Shown here: positions 62,304-64,000 of the stretch, one piece after another
How the letters are laid out: each line of letters starts with the position of its first letter
How positions within the stretch are numbered: the first letter of the stretch is position 1
DNA from: Azolla caroliniana
Taxonomy: Eukaryota; Plantae; Polypodiophyta
Length of the DNA stretch: 64,000 nt
Assembly: GCA_043228905.1 (NCBI GenBank)
Contig: JBHGNT010000015.1
Location: 12,710,001 to 12,774,000, forward strand
Reading direction: 5' to 3'
Position numbers and translations under genes: made by a program
Notes under the pieces: generated by a model
What the model was told of the DNA's origin: nothing
What the model saw: the letters and a program-made list of their open reading frames with translations, nothing else
Databases searched by the model: none

Positions 62304-63291
62304 TGTCGTGCCTTTCGGCTCCAGATCGTTTGCGTGAGTTGGGTGGGAACCACCGGGGTTTTGGACTAGGAGGAGGAAGAATTTGAGGCTAATCTAGTTA
62401 TGAATATGAATAGATTATAAGAAAGAGATATAGAAACTTGTGAATCCCACAAGTATAATTGTTTTAGTTTATCTAAATCGTAGTAATAAATTGAAATAAT
62501 TTAGAATAGATTAGAGTAGATTGAGAAAAGAGATCAAACCTTGTGAATCCCACAAGTATTACATTAATCAATATTTATGTAAGAATATGAATTTAGATTG
62601 AAAGAGATAGATTATCTTAAACTTCGTGAATCCCACGAGTATATTTTATTGATTGTTGGTGTTTTAGGAAATATATCCAATTTCCCAAATATTTTTCACA
62701 CACCTATTACATTGTGCTCCCCATCCTTATGTAGTGATGGGAGAGACTAAGCATAGCTACATGCTTTTTTTCTAATATGTTCATGCACACTAAATGTGCA
62801 TGTGATGCTTTTTATTTTATTTTATTTTATTTCCTAAGTATAGGGCTCATGCACGCTAGATGTGCATGAGTTATTTTTAGTGTCTCGTGTTTTTTCTTTT
62901 TCATATATTAAAGAAATACACGATTTACCTTTCAATAAAGGTATGCATAAATAAAGGTCTTATACATATTAAATCTATATTTAAAACACTTAAGATAATT
63001 TAATGTAATGGTAAGGTTGGGGTTTGTCAACGTGGAGGTGTAGAGTTCGAATCACGCCCTGTGTAGTAGTGAGTATTTCCTTTCTTTTTACATTTATGTC
63101 TCTTTATCCGGCTCTTCCTTGCCGGTATGCCGTTTTCCTCCTTGCCGGTATGCCGTTTTTCCTCCTTGCCGGTATGCCGTTTTCCTCCTTGCCGGTATGC
63201 CGTTTTCTTCCGGTTCTCACCGAGCACTCCATTCTCTATCCGGAGGGACAAAAATATAATTTCCACATAGTGTGCAACCTACACTACGACA
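62304..63291 (-). mobile_element. Solo LTR of family C (mosaic) inserted in the RT/RH region of element E
   Basis: TGTCGT...ACGACA termini, TSD ACGT at 62300-62303 and 63292-63295, and a ~22-bp tandem repeat at 63113-63205. Confidence 0.9.
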
Positions 63292-64000
63292 ACGTCCATA
63301 TTGCGGAGCCACTCTACGGGTTGTTGAAGAAAGGACGCAAGTTCGAGTGGAGCAAGGAGCATGCGGAGTCGATCCGGAAAATGAAAGAAGCGCTTACCGC
63401 GGCACCGGCGCTCCAGAAAGCAGTCTATGATAAACACGTTCTGATTTATGTAACCATAGACACGAGTCCGACCGGGATCGGATGGGTGATCAACCAATAG
63501 GATGAGAACGGCGTAAGGTTTCCCCGTCCGGTTCGGTGCGAAAGTACTTAGCACGCGATAACAAGGGTACGCCCATGTTAAACTCGAACTTTGGGGTATC
63601 GTTTCGGCGGTCAAGGCCGACAAAGACCACCTGATCGGGATAGAGGTAATAATAGAGACGGACTATTTACCGATTCTCGGTATGGTTTCCGGATGCGCGA
63701 GCTAGACCTGGCAATGCTCAGGTGGATAGCGTACATTAAGTCCCTGAATCTAGAGATACGACACATTTCCGGGAAAGACAACGCCATGGCCGACATGCTT
63801 TCAAGAGAAAGGTTTGATGACAAAAACGGCACTCCGACGCTTAATGAGTTTGATGAGAGCAAGTACGATGGCTCCAGATCAGTGGATTCTTGAGAACGAT
63901 GGCGACAGACGCGGCATGGACAAAGGAAGAGCCTAGCCGGATCCGGAAGAAAGCGTACTGATTCTTCCTACGAGATGGGAGCATATGGAAGCACCCGAAG

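Larger units (their letters stand above)
52385..64000 (+). mobile_element. Non-chromovirus Ty3/gypsy (Phygy-like, tRNA-Trp primed; copy E), decayed, runs off the window
   Basis: 5' LTR 52385-53016 (TGTCGT...ACGACA), PBS TGGTGAACCCGACGTGAAT 53023-53041, gag from 53064, protease (LVDHG), RT (PFLDD) and RNase H (IDTSPTGIG). Confidence 0.82.

Overview
Eukaryotic, land-plant-like DNA, about 85-90% nested transposable elements; a seed-free plant is inferred from the Tcn1-like and Phygy-like retroelements. There is one intact host gene: a 6-exon TAF15 on the minus strand (45271-41467). From left to right: the 3' part of a decayed Ty1/copia sits inside a Sola1/DUF7869-type transposase pseudogene. A Tcn1-like chromovirus (5776-21549, TSD ATTGC) holds a complete 10-kb Sola2-like DNA transposon (8595-18624, 24-bp TIRs, TSD ACTA). 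That transposon has two convergent spliced genes with large introns filled by arrays of the palindrome TAGCTAATTAGCTA. Next come a ~335-bp satellite and an old LINE split by a second chromovirus (23955-38505, TSD CATGG). The 3' LTR of that chromovirus holds a solo LTR and a near-intact LINE, which is itself split by a very young gag-only LTR element. After TAF15 come a 1.15-kb TATG/TATTG microsatellite and a further nest (copia > chromovirus > Phygy-like gypsy > chromovirus plus solo LTR). The strongest signals are: (1) the Sola2 element with a RING-like accessory gene and intronic arrays of its own subterminal motif; (2) antisense tRNA-type Pol III A/B boxes in the U3 of two unrelated LTR families; (3) co-varying self-priming PBS sequences; (4) CG-centred 4-bp target sites; (5) a LINE with ORF1-TAG-ORF2 in one frame and no ORF2 ATG. 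All family assignments come from motif recognition by eye, not from database searches.
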